This document shows, piece by piece, positions 12,977 to 25,144 of a stretch of DNA of 64,000 nt. A program made the position numbers and the translations under genes. Location: NCBI GenBank assembly GCA_030390025.1, contig CM059446.1:23498001-23562000 (forward strand). Direction: 5' to 3'. The notes beneath the pieces are model-generated. The model was not told where the DNA came from. It ran no database searches and was given only the letters and a program-made list of their open reading frames with translations. This DNA is from Squalus acanthias (lineage: Eukaryota). Numbering within the stretch: position 1 is the stretch's first letter; each line of letters starts with the position of its first letter.

Positions 12977-13380
12977 AACCTGTAGGTCTTTGCAATCACA
13001 GATAGGGTTGCCATCTCTGGTTTGACGTATTCCTGGAGATTTGATTGCATGGCATTTGATCATGTGACGTGGCTCATGTGATGCTTAAGCACATGACATT
13101 TGCCCATTGTTTGCAAATGTTATTGCATTTACCTTAGTTGAGTGTCTTAATATCACCAAGATCAAATAAAACATTTGACTTTTTGTTTTATTGTGAGATG
13201 AATAACATAATTTATAAATCAAAGAAAGAACACAAAACAGAAAGATTTACGGGTAAGTAATGTTTAAATAAAATCTACTTCTGTGATGTTTCTACTGTAC
13301 TGACCGCAATGAGAAACACCAAGTAAATCCCACTGATTCAACAAAAACATTATCGATATAAGTAACTTCTAATTAAAATG

Positions 13381-13657
13381 TCCAAAAATGTGCGGGTTAG
13401 GTTGATTTGGCTATGATAAATTGACCCTTAGTGTTAGGGGAGGGGGGGGTTAAATATGGGGATAGGATGGGATATGTTAGGGGGAATTAAATACGTGGGG
13501 TTACGGGGGTAGGGTGGGATATGTGTACTGTGGGGATTAAAGCAGGGACAGGGTACTGGATTTGAATGATCAGCCATGATCGTATTGAATGGTGGAGCAG
13601 GCTCGACGGGCCGAATGGCCTACTCCTGCTCCTAGATTCTATGTTTCTATGTTTCTA
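13381..13657 (+). mobile_element. HE1-like SINE 3' half joined to a CR1 3' tail
   Basis: Reverse complement of about 12030-12130, then GATCAGCCATGATCGTATTGAATGGTGGAGCAGGCTCGACGGGCCGAATGGCCTACTCCTGCTCC and (TTCTATGT)n. Confidence 0.8.
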
Positions 13658-13879
13658 TAAAGCTTTCGGACAATTTTATGACTTATTACAATACACAGCA
13701 AGTTATAAAAATAATAAATAAAACCAAAACCAAACCTAATTCAATTCACTGACTCCCACACCCCACCACTGAAGCCCAGCTTCAGGGAGGTGAGGCTCAG
13801 TCCTCAGAGAGAAACACCAAAGCTGCCTGACTCCCGGAACAAAACACATTTTACAGCAGCGCACATCACAGGCCGATAT

Positions 13880-14032
13880 GAACTCTCCTTCCCCAGTTTG
13901 TGTTTCTCTCTCCCTACACCAGTTTGTGTGTTTCTCTCTCTCTTTCTCCCTCCCCAGTTTGTGTTTCTAAGTTTGTGTTGCTCTCTCTCTCCCTCCCCAG
14001 TTTGTGTTTCCCTCCCTCAGTTGCTCTCTCAG
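13880..14032. repeat. Degenerate minisatellite (CCCCAGTTTGTGTTTCTCTCT-like unit)
   Basis: AGTTTGTG recurs about five times, separated by CT runs. Confidence 0.7.
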
Positions 14033-14770
14033 GACTCACAAAGTTTCCAGCCGATTTACATTGGCCCCAATGCTGTCATCCTCACAACGGGCAATGATGC
14101 AGTGTTTCCGAATAACTGGGAGACCAGAAGGGCTCAGACAACGCGGTTTGTTTGCAAGCCACGACAGCTGGGGTACTGCACTTGCAAGGAAGGTTCCTCC
14201 CGGATCGCCAGCAGCGGCGCTGGGGAGACCAACTGCCCATTCCGGTTGGGAAGCCTGATCACAGTAGGTACAAACAGGCAGCAGCATCAGGATTTGTTCT
14301 GCTGAAAGGAGGAGTTTCGCATGATTTATACAAACCCTCACCACTGCCCTATATGCCTTTTAAAACAATTATTAAAATCATGGATCCATGACTTCCCCGA
14401 CATAGGTACAGAGTAAGCTGCAACTGCTGTAGATTAAAGCCGTTTCATTCTCGAGCACTACAGGTCATTTTTGCCTTCAAAAATAAAAAGCTGATCTCTT
14501 TCACCTGCAGCTGGAAAGAGACAAAGTAACGAAAAACAAGTATAAAAATGATGGGGGAACATAATAGGAAACAAAATGGGGGGTGTGGGGAGAAGATGTA
14601 GCAAGAAAACAAACCAAGTATTTCACATTCTGTGCAGCAACTCCTACCCAGACGGCGAATTCGTATGACATCTCTCAGGAAAGCACAACAGCCAGTGAGA
14701 AATGCTGGCACAGAAATCAAATCTCCTCTGCAGCTTTCCAATAACGTTAACCTGTGTCTGACGTATACTA

Positions 14771-14986
<216 letters not shown>

Positions 14987-16659
14987 CTAGTTGGGGGGGG
15001 GTGGGGGAGAGAAAGAGAGTAAGAAAACAGAAGTTCATTATCGACAATACAATGGCAAAACACAAGAGCTCAAATTAATGTTCAAAAGTAATGGCTTTTC
15101 AATCCCTGCAAATACTAGGACTGGACCAGTTATTGGCAAGCAGCAGTAGCACTGGACTTAAGCAGAGTTCTGTACACTGCAGTGTGCAATCTTAGATTCA
15201 GTTGCATACATGTTTTACATAAGCTATAAATAACTAAAGGTATAAAAACAACTATCGAGGGGTTAAGTGCAAAGCCCCATGAACGTGGTATCCAAAAACT
15301 GTACCTTTTTTAAATCTCTTGCCTGTTTTGAGATTTAGTGATGTTCAATATATATATATATTTTAAACTGATTTTGTCTGAATTTACCTGGGATTTTTGG
15401 GATCCAATTTTGTCCTCACTGATACCTTTTTTTTTTAAAAAAAAAGCTAACAAAAAATAAAATTTGAAGAACCTTTTGAGTTTTAAATTGGCAATAAACA
15501 CTGACTTTAAAGATCCTTATTTATAGTACAACATTCCTACTGTTACCCACGTCTGTTAAAATAAGGGAATTGGGGAGGGGGGCATTTCAGAATTAGAAGT
15601 AAAATACCAGAGTAGTCATGACAAAAGTGCCTAAACAGATATATACACTACATGCATGACTGAGGCCCTAAAACATTGCTGCATTTCACAGCAGTGCATG
15701 AGGGTTACATTTACAGAGGAAGCCCTCCCACAGTGCTGTGAAAATCTTCATTTCAATGCATCAATCAGCCAGCTAGCTGGTTAGATATAGAGTAGGTATT
15801 TGGACAGGTACTGCTGGGATGTAATCTAATCAAGGAGTTTCAGATAACATGATAAACTGCAAAAGCAAAGCTTAACTGGTTTGTACATATCTAAGTTTGG
15901 ATTATATTGCTTCATGTTCATTCCTGGTACAGTAAAAAAAAAAGTTGTTTTATACAAGTTTCCATACAGTAGCTCAGCGTTCTGATGTTCACAACTGGCT
16001 ACGTAGCATCTCTGAATTGTCACCACTGTACCATTAGTTGGTAAAATAGGAAATGCTATATAATATTTCTCATTTGAAGTAACGACAGCTCTTGTTCATT
16101 CAGGAATACAACAAGAGAAATGATCTATTCTGTCCATCCCAGTTCCACAAAACAGCACACTTGTGATATCTGCATTTCGGAAGCTGACAGCGACAGCTGA
16201 GATTGCAACTCCACACCAAAAAGCACAAACAGCTGAGAGAGAGGGAGACCAAATATTGCAGCCGCATTCCAGGAAGAACATGACCCATTTTCCATTTAGT
16301 GCCTGCAGACCATGCAGCTTCATACTCAATAATCCATTCACAAAATGGATCCTGTGGAGACTTGCACCTACAAACAGTTTGGTTCTTCTCCAAATGCAGT
16401 AGCAAAATTCTAATGATAAACTGCTGTCAGGATTTGGAATTGAATTCTGTTCATTTCAATATGCTTTCTGTTTTTCTAGTGCAAGTGCAGTCCCTTGAAG
16501 ACCTGTCAGTTAGGTCCTTCTGGTTAGGAAGACCCTTTCAAATGATGTATTGGTGGATTCCTCTTTGGTCAGCTGCCATTAAACTTGGCTACACCAGTTC
16601 CCTCAATGGTTTAAAGGGTATATGTTTATTGTGGCGTATCATTTAGTCAACCAAAGCAG

Positions 16660-17000
16660 TATGGCGATAGGTTCAATCTCTGTACTGAAATAGTTAATCT
16701 CAGCCAGAGCGGTGGTGCTATAATTGGCCTCAGTGCCTCCAGGCTAGGGAAGAGAAAAATATGCAAGATTCTGCTTCTCATCACTATCCAGTAATCCCAG
16801 CTGCAAAAGCGTGCGTGTGCGTGAGTGTACACATGTGTAGGTTAGCTGAGAACAGAATCGGGCTCAAATGTGACACCCATGGTTGTACAATCCACCAATG
16901 GTCACTGTCACACATTACATGGCTAGATACCAGAGGCTGATGGCAGGTAGGAAACCATTTTCCATCATGAGTCTCTGCCTTCAGGAAACCCGAGACCACT
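16660..17000 (+). mobile_element. Old tRNA-derived SINE (same family as 7305-7685)
   Basis: GGTTCAATCTCTGTACTGAAATAGTTAATCTCAGCC..GGTGCTATAATTGGCCTCAGTGCC..ACTATCCAGT. Confidence 0.6.
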
Positions 17001-17222
17001 GGATTTAAATGCCATAACCGATATGTAGCAGTGGAAAGGATACCAATCCCTGCACATCTTAATATCAGCTGACCAAAGGTGGATTTACCAGATGCGTTAT
17101 TTTAGTAGGCCTTTCATAGCTGGGAGACTTGACATAGCAGCAAATGTTATATGTGTGAAAAAATTGGTTTTCTTTAAAAGATTCTTTCTGGGGCTACCAC
17201 TGTCCCTTACATCAGTGAAAAT

Positions 17223-17731
17223 TCAGCAGTCAAGGACATTCAGCCTCGGATCTGCGGGTAAGCGTTCTCCTTCGAGACACACGACAACGCAAAATCATCG
17301 AGCAGAAACTGATAGCCAAGTTCCGCACCCATGAGGACGGCCTCAACCGGGATCTTGGTTTCATGTCACGCTACATGACGTAGAGTCATCCAGACTCGAG
17401 TCGTCGTTGTCTTGTTCACAGATGTGATTTCCAGTTTTTAAAAAAAAGCAAAAAGCTTAACTGCAGACTGCAGCATTTGACACGTTGGACCCTCTGTGAC
17501 CCCACCTCATTGTCTTAGCTGTATTTTGCTGTGTCTTTGATGTAATGCCTTCCTGACTGATTGTATCTCTGCCGAGGTGTGATGGAGGGCAGTCAGAAAC
17601 ACATTGTTCTCTGTCTATATATGCTTTGCTGATTTGTATTCCCTCACTTTACCTGACGAAGGAGCAGCGCTCCGAAAGCTCGTGATTTCAAATAAAACTG
17701 TTGGACTATAACCTGGTGTTGTGCGACTTCT
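17223..17731 (+). mobile_element. Penelope-like element 3' fragment with 13-bp flanking direct repeat
   Basis: Encodes RKIIEQKLIAKFRTHEDGLNRDLGFMSRY (GIY-YIG C-terminal E..I..F.T...GLN motif); CATCAGTGAAAAT at 17210-17222 and 17732-17744; second copy at 62295-62785. Confidence 0.8.
17649..17685 (+). ncRNA. Minimal type I hammerhead ribozyme motif
   Basis: TTAC-CTGACGA-A-GGAGC(AGC)GCTCC-GAAA-GCT-C-GTGA: core boxes, stem II, palindromic AGCT stem III, short stem I. Confidence 0.65.
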
Positions 17732-18099
17732 CATCAGTGAAAATGTCTATGCTTTTCAGTCAGCTCAGTCTTCAATAGAGTATCTATGCCTTCAACTTTA
17801 TCGAAAAGAACGCTGTGGTTACAAGGCACTTTAGGATGAGAGTTCACATTTTGAACTTGTTACACATTCAGTTTCTAATTTCAACAATGCCACACAAGCA
17901 AAGGAGGGAAAATCAAAAGTTAACAATTGTTCTTGGGCTGCTCTTCTGAAGGTTGGCTAAAGAGTAGTTGGCAGAAGATTGAAAGTAGGTCTCCTGCCTG
18001 TTCACTCAGCCAAGGAAAGGTGGGTGATGGTGCAGGGGGGAAATTAATACTTGCTCTAAAACAGAAAATATGAATGACCTAGATTAATATACAGGTTAG

Positions 18100-18500
18100 A
18101 ATTTAAGAATTTTTAGGATCAGGAAAAGGCCAATAGGCCCAACAAAGTTGTACCTTTCTATAATTAAACCCCAGCTATGAGCCTTCTCACGACTCCTCAA
18201 TCCCTTCTCTCTTCACAAACGTATCTAATTTTTTCTCTAATCTATTGATAATCTCTAGTTCAATGGCCTTCCCTGGTATCTTATTCCACAAGCCTGTTAT
18301 CCTCTGGGAAATCTGACTTCCCTTTTTACTAGTAACAGCTTGATTTTTAACTTTACTCCCCTTTGAACTTTTCACTATGGTGAATTTATCTTGCTCGAGC
18401 TCCTTCATTATCTTGAAAAGTTCACTAATGGGTCATTATGAGGCCGCCGTGCTTCAAAAGAAAAAAGCCCAACTGCCTTCATCTTTCTTTAGAACTTGAA
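18100..18500 (-). mobile_element. Old CR1 LINE 3' fragment
   Basis: Translates SQRITGLWNKIPGKAIELEIINRLEKKLDTF, a diverged CR1 C-terminus. Confidence 0.6.
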
Positions 18501-18847
18501 TTTCTGATACCTAGAATCACCTTTGTTGCTCGCTTCTTTGCTCTCTCTCAAATTTTACTCTAAGCAAGGCTCACCAGATAACACAAAAGCTGCAGCTATT
18601 GCTAATTTGCCTCACAAGAGCAACACAAAAATGTTCAACCATTTTACTGAGTAGTTAAGAGCATATTAGTCTGAATAATTTGAACAGTTATGCAAACAAA
18701 GGCTCATTTGATAAATATTTCATTGTGTACCTATGTGACAATGCAGTGTTGAGTTGCTGTTCTCTATATTCTTACAATGTTACTGGGTTTATTTAGCACA
18801 TTGGCACCAATATACTGCAGGAAAAATTTCACTTGAACCAGAGAATT

Positions 18848-18983
18848 CCAATATGCTTTAACAGCAGACCGAAGCACTTTAATAGCATGCCAATGTGCTT
18901 TAATAGTGCACCATTGTGCTCCAATAGTGTACTGATTTGCTACAATAGTGTGCTACTGTGCTCCGAGAGCAGGCCGATGTACT
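18848..18983. repeat. 21-bp minisatellite, about 6.5 diverged units
   Basis: CCAATATGCTTTAACAGCAGA / CCGAAGCACTTTAATAGCATG / CCAATGTGCTTTAATAGTGCA / CCATTGTGCTCCAATAGTGTA / CTGATTTGCTACAATAGTGTG / CTACTGTGCTCCGAGAGCAGG. Confidence 0.8.
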
Positions 18984-19399
18984 TGAAACTCGAGTTTGGA
19001 AGTACAAAATCTTTGATCGAATTGTACTGCTGAGGCAATATGCTTTAATAAAATTCTAGTGACAACAACATACAAGGAGGATTGTTTGATGGATCTATAG
19101 TGATATGAAGGTCTAATTTGCTTTTTTATTAACTACTGGAATATTATATGGTTTGACAATGAATGTCAATATGAATAATGCCCCCCATATTGGTTATACC
19201 ATCTCCCCCACACATTCTGAGCTCACATTTTCCTTTGCTCTTTTGCAGTTGGTGACCCACTTAGTCCTTTATGAATTGACCTTTATTAGTTTTACTTAAT
19301 CTCATTTCAAATTATCAGACGTTATCGAAACAATTGTCACATTGTTCTGAGTATGTGAAACACGATATATAAATGCAAATTCTTTTTCTTTTTTTCTAA

Positions 19400-19800
19400 G
19401 GGAAACATTCAAACGTGGAGGAAGTCACAAAGCTGATCCCTAGTCCTAGAGGTCTGAGTTATGGGGGCAGAAATCTGGAGCAACTTGGGCTTTTTAGTCT
19501 TGAAAGGAGACATCTGAGAGGGGATCTTAGAGAGCGGTACAAGATCGTCAAGGTAAATCAGGAAAATTAAAATGAGATGCAAAAGTAGGAAGGGCCCACA
19601 GGTTCAAACCAGTAAAACGCAAATTTAGGACTGATATCAGGAAGCTTTACTTCACACACAAAGTGATCAACGCATGGAATGAACTTCGGGATAGAGTAGT
19701 AGAGGCAAAAACACTGGAATCATTTAAGAACCAATAGAATGCTGCAATGGGAGGAGGACTTTAGGGTATTTCTGTTAGATGAAATAAGAATGGCCTTCCT
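19400..19800 (+). mobile_element. Old CR1 LINE 3' fragment
   Basis: TTTAGTCTTGAAAGGAGACATCTGAGAGGGGATCT (FSLERRHLRGD) and TTCACACACAAAGTGATCAACGCATGGAAT (FTHKVINAWN). Confidence 0.65.
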
Positions 19801-20593
19801 CACCCATAATTATGACATCATAAAGTGGGCAATATGCAACCATTTTTGATCCCGTAACGAGCCTTTGTAATTTGTGCGATCATCAGCGGGAGGCTTGTAT
19901 ACTTTCTGTAACTGAAGATCTCTGAATGTTGATTTGTGTAGTTAGAACCTATCTTTTTGGTAACTATATACAGATTCACAATAGAATCGAAATAATAAAC
20001 TTGCTCATGTGTTGGGAGTTTAGTTCTCTGTTCCTTCAGATAGTTTTGTGAAAACTGGGGAAATATCTGACAGCTAGTTTGTCTCTTTGGAAAATAAATA
20101 CCTTACAGTTACAGGTAGGGGCAATTACTATCTGCTGTGTCCTGGGGTAGCAGGTAAGTTCCCGATTGCAGCTGAGGGTGAGGAGACACAGCGGGGGAGT
20201 GGGGGAAGTGGAAAAATAGAGAGCAGGTGTTTCTCCAACTAGGGAATGGGAGGTAAAAAGAAAGGGTGAGGCAGCTGAGGTCAACCTCATGCAAATTCTA
20301 ATGGCAAGATTGATAGAGGCCTAGAAGCAAACCTTTTTGTCTGGTAGGAGTTACAGATGGAAAAGCTATTTATTAAACAGGGCAAAAACAAAAACATTAG
20401 ACATCAAGCTGCCAGCTCAGCTATTCTGGGTCTGAGTCCTTGATATTTTGCATGTGGTAGGGTCCAAGGATTGCAAGATTCATATGGACAATAAATTGTC
20501 ATTTGGATAAGCTACAAATTACCTAGAGAACCAACTCAGTTTGCGACCGTTCAAGGGCATTAAAAGCTGAGTGTGTGTAAATTGTGCTCTTAC

Positions 20594-20732
20594 CAATAGA
20601 GGGAGCCCAGATCCACTACCGGAGCTCTGTGACTGGTCAATCAAGTCTTTCAGTGACTCGCCTGGCGGAATGAAGGCCACGTCCTGTTCAAGATCCCGGT
20701 TGTAGCGACGTCTGTCTGCCTGCCCCTTGTAC
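20594..20732 (-). CDS. BMPR1A: BMPR1A juxtamembrane/GS-domain exon ([46 protein letters not shown])
   Basis: TAG acceptor, GTAAGA donor, 139 nt; GS box [10 protein letters not shown]. Confidence 0.97.
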
Positions 20733-21064
20733 CTAAAAAATAGTTGGTATTCATCATCCTTTGTTATTCATTCACTTTTAGTATGCCACAAGCCAAGAAA
20801 GGGAAAAAAAAAACACTTCACAGGTAATAGAATAAAGTTCAGCTTTCAGAAAAACAATGGAATACCTGCTTACAAATAAACATCATTCTCCATTGTATTG
20901 CAACAACAAAAAGGAAACAAGATATTTGAAACAAGATTGAAGTACATATAATCACAAGAGAGATATTTTGAGCTGCACAGATCTTATATCTCCTGGGACT
21001 GGCACGAACTGGGAGGCTTTAAAGTGGAAATAAGTAAGAAAGAATAGAAGCTAGGAGGCAGATG

Positions 21065-21225
21065 AAGCTTCGGTTTAACATCTCATCCAAAAGAAGGCAC
21101 CTGCGGCTATGCAACACTCCCTGAGAACTGCACTGAAGTGTCAGCCTACATTATGTGCTCAAGTTTCTGCAGTGAGGCTTGAACCCATGACTTTCTAACT
21201 TAGAGGTGAGGGTGCTATCATTAAG
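21065..21225 (-). mobile_element. Deu-SINE 5' fragment
   Basis: GGTTTAACATCTCATCC..CTGCACTGAAGTGTCAGCCTACATTATGTGCTCAAG..TTGAACCC is the reverse complement of the 60-295 head. Confidence 0.7.
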
Positions 21226-21539
21226 CTAAGGCTGATAATTGTGAAAAATGCTAGATTAGAAAACGCCTACAAATACAATGTGCTAATCACCACTGGGTGA
21301 CACTGTTTCTTTAGAAAGTTTGTGATTGTATGACCATCTACTACTCTGCTGTACCTAAGGCCTCATTCAGGTCACACTTTCAGTTCTTTGCCAGATTGGG
21401 CACCAATCAGACTCCAATTAACCATAAGAGCACTGAAACACGCGAGAACGGAGATTTGTACAAAGAGGGTTAATTTCTTCCAACGAATGAGGAAGACCAA
21501 TCCTATGACTGGTATTGTAACATTCCTCTTCATTCCTTC

Positions 21540-22478
21540 AACATCATCCAAAAACACGACATCAGATTCCACATGTACGCTGATGACATCCAGCTCTACC
21601 TCACCACCACCTCTCTCAACCTCTCCACTGTCTCTAAATTGTCAGACTGCTTGTCTGACATTTAGTACTGGATGAGCAGAAATTTCCTCCAACTAAATAT
21701 TGGGAAAACTGAAGCCATTGTCTTTGGTCCCCGCCACAAACTCCGTTCCCTAGCCACCGACTCCATCCCTCTCCCTGGCAACTGTCTGAGGCTGAACCAG
21801 ATGGTTCACAACCTTGGTGTCGTATTTGACACTGAGATGAGCTTTCGACCACATTTCCGTGCCATCACCAAGACCGCCTACTTCCATCTCCGTAACATCA
21901 CCCTGACTCCGCCCCTGCCTCAGCTCATCTGTTGCTGAAACCCTCATCCATGCCTTTGTTACCTTAGACTTGACTATTCCAACACTCTCCTGGCCGGCCT
22001 CCCATCTTCCACCCTCCATAAACTTGAGCTCATCAAAACTCTGCTGCCCATTTCCTAACTTGCACAAGTCCCGTTCACCCATCACCTGTGCTTGCTGACC
22101 TTCATTGGCTCCCGGTCCGGCAACGCCTCAATTTTAAAATTCTCATCCTTGTTTTCAAATCCCTCCATGGCCTCACCCGTCCCGATCTCTGTAACCTCCT
22201 CCAATTCTGGCCTCTTACACATCCCCTATTTTAATTGCTCCACCAATGGCGGCCGTGTTTTCAGCTACCTAGGTCCTAAACTCTGCAATTCCCTCCCTAA
22301 ACCTCTCCTCCTTTAAAATGCTCCTTAAAACCTACCTCTTTGATCAAGCTTTTTGTCATCTGTCCTAATATCTCCTTGTGTGGCTCGGGGTCAAATTTTG
22401 TTTGATAACGCTCCTGTGAAGCACCTTGGGACATTTTACTATGTTAAAGGCGCTATATAAATGCAAATTGTTGTTGTT
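21540..22478 (+). mobile_element. L2-clade LINE 3' portion (RT YADD to 3' tail)
   Basis: FHMYADDIQLYL; WMSRNFLQLNIGKTE; HAFVT..DYSN; tail AAAGGCGCTATATAAATGCAAATTGTTGTTG. Confidence 0.88.
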
Positions 22479-23038
22479 CAACCTCTAGGTACAAACAAGA
22501 GTAAGCAGTGTACAAGCTGGTAGCGGGACTCTCATGACTTGCATTTTCAGGCCAGCTTGGAGCACTTACTATCCTGAACTGCAAGTGAAGACAGTAATGC
22601 TCCAGGCAGTTGCTCCACGGATGGCATTAGGAAAAACCCTGCAATTAATGACTTAAGAAATGGCCACCTCACAAGCATGGTAGGTTCTTGTCTTTCCTTG
22701 GTGTCCCACCCTGCCACAGAACAACTTCTTATATTTACATAGCACCTTTAACATAATAAAATGTCCCAAAAGGAATTACACCGCACTAACTGATTTGCTA
22801 CCCTTTGTTTATTAGTGGCTTTATCTATAGTTACGTTCTTAAAAGTAACCAACTGCCTAGACCAATGAAAATTTTTCTACATAAAAGGCTAAAACCCTAG
22901 GAACATCAACTAAAACTATAGATTTTGTATTAATGCAGCACTTAAAATGTAAAAATTTAAGAAATTGCCAATAGCTGGAACAAGTGAAACACGTGTGACT
23001 CTACTTTTCCCTTAAAATACACTCGAATCAGCTCTTAC

Positions 23039-23138
23039 CTGAAGTAGAAAGCAGTTGTGATTATAATCAGGACAAAGATGCAGACGATCAGCGAGATCAA
23101 CAGGCCTAACCGGTGGACATCACCCTCAAATAGCCCAT
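23039..23138 (-). CDS. BMPR1A: BMPR1A transmembrane exon (GLFEGDVHRLGLLISLIVCIFVLIIITTAFYFR)
   Basis: CAG acceptor, GTAAGA donor, 100 nt; hydrophobic helix; phases fit neighbours. Confidence 0.92.
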
Positions 23139-23919
23139 CTGTTTGCAAGGAAAGGTCATGTTAAAAAACATCAAAAAATAATGCATCAAATGCCACTGGG
23201 CACATCACCAATGCATGACAATCACAGCTGCAATGCCAAAATGCACATCACAAAATGCAAAAGATTTACCCAAGTTAATTTGACTCTAATTACAAGACAC
23301 CTTCTGATAGTGAGGAGGGTGTTCAGCAAAAAAAGTCCATAATGGCTCATGATCAGAACACGTAAATCAATGGCTAGAAGTGTATGGCAGAAATTAATCC
23401 TATTAAGAAAAAGGAAGTTTTATTAGTAAAATTAATAACTAGCACGATGGTCACTTTTTACTTGGAGGAAATATATATAATTTTTATTTTTCTTAGCTCG
23501 TACTACAGAATAGCTCTCCTACTAGAATTGTGTCATTCAGTTACTTATGCCAAAAACGTAAAATCTGCAGTATAAGTCTTGCATGTCAACTTTATGCATT
23601 ATAAATTCCTATGCCCACATTTACAAGGGAAACTGCCTATGTAAACCTCTATTGCTTTAATTACACTACCCTGCCAGTGGTGGAGCTGTAACATCCCAGT
23701 TTTGGATCTGCCAGCTCCTCGGCCTATAACACAGAGAAACTCCTATGACCCAACAACTCTTACTTCCCTGCTTCACAAATTGCTGTTAAGTTTTGCTATG
23801 TAACTGTTAAACATGATATAAAATCAAATTATCACACAATAAGGGTAGAGTATGACTTTAAAAGTGGGGCTGAATTACATCTGGGCACCTTGGTACAATT
23901 ATCCCCATTTCTAATACGA

Positions 23920-24045
23920 TAGCAAAATACTGCGGATGCTGGAAATCCAAAATAACAACAGAGAACGCTGGAAAAACTCAGCAGGCCAGGCAGCATCCGT
24001 GGAGAGAGAAACAGAGTTAACGTTTCAGGTCGAAGACCTTTTGTC
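23920..24045 (-). mobile_element. Penelope-associated repeat fragment with degenerate hammerhead
   Basis: Minus strand reads GACAAAAGGTCTTCGACCTGAAACGTTAACTCTGTTTCTCTCTCCACGGATGCTGCCTGGCCTGCTGAGTTTTTCCAGC; related to 62400-62485. Confidence 0.6.
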
Positions 24046-24755
24046 CCCATTTCTAACTTTGCTTCATCTGAACGCTACTCTTGGTCTTGACTCTCCATGT
24101 GCAATGCTCTGGGTAATCAGTTAATAGTATATGAATTGCTGTGCAAAAGTTTATTAGCAATATAATTTCAAGCTATTGAAGACAAGTAAACATGTAGAGA
24201 AATGTTACACTCATCACCCTTCAAATAAGGACTGGCCATGTGTTACCTATCACACTACTGCAAAGCCCATGTCACAGTGCTTCAGACAAATGCTGCAAGG
24301 ACAGCACAGACCACACACTTCGCAATAGTTCAGACGAACACAGAAAAACAAAAGTGATTCACTGCAGCAAAGATGAGCACAGAGCCAATGCAATTCATGT
24401 ATCACAATATTTCAGCTGAGTGCAGACTATGACAAAGCCAGTATAAATCATGGGCATCACCCCACTTTAAAAACAATGTGACAAATTGCACTAGTGCAGA
24501 CATACCAACGTTTCAGGCTAATTAACAGGTGAGGAAATTGAAACTGCCAAAAACCCTGAACCATAAAATTAACATAAGGCATCAGAAACACAAGTTTCAA
24601 ATGGAAGTTATCAATAATATTTTCCAAGTTAGATTTGAAATCTTACACATTTTCCCAATTAAAATACTGTACGAGTTAAGAATGTCAATTATGTCATTTT
24701 AATGAGACAGAAAAGTTCAGACATCCAGAAACTGCAAGCTCTATCTGCAGCTTAC

Positions 24756-24855
24756 CTGAAGTAGAAATTGGAGTAAGCGTTGGGTGCAAATCCTTGTTAC
24801 AGAAGTCGGTCTTGCAGCACTCAATAGTTCTTCGTTTTCTCACTTTTGTTGAATC
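24756..24855 (-). CDS. BMPR1A: BMPR1A ectodomain cysteine-box exon ([33 protein letters not shown])
   Basis: TAG acceptor, GTAAGC donor, 100 nt; CCxxxxCN box. Confidence 0.95.
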
Positions 24856-25144
24856 CTACAGGGGAAAAATAAAGTACCAGATCAATGATTTAAGTGCTTC
24901 CAAACCTTGGCACCAAATAACAAACATCTTGGTAAGTAACAGGTTATTTTAGATTTCAAGCTTAAAACTAAGATTTGAATTAATGTTTGACAGCTGCAGT
25001 AGTGTCAGATCTAACCATCCTGGTTAAGACATTCCTGGTAAGAATAGCGCGCCACTTAAATTAATTCCTATTACATCTTTCAAGAATACAGCATTTTCAA
25101 TTAAAAAAATGTTCTCTTCTTCCTTCAGATTAATTTCAGCATTT

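Noticed and set aside
12655-13025. Hydrophobic F/L/S-rich ORFs as membrane proteins
   Set aside because: Translation of a CT-rich low-complexity tract
18848-18983. CRISPR-like array
   Set aside because: Contiguous diverged units without unique spacers, in a vertebrate intron with no cas genes
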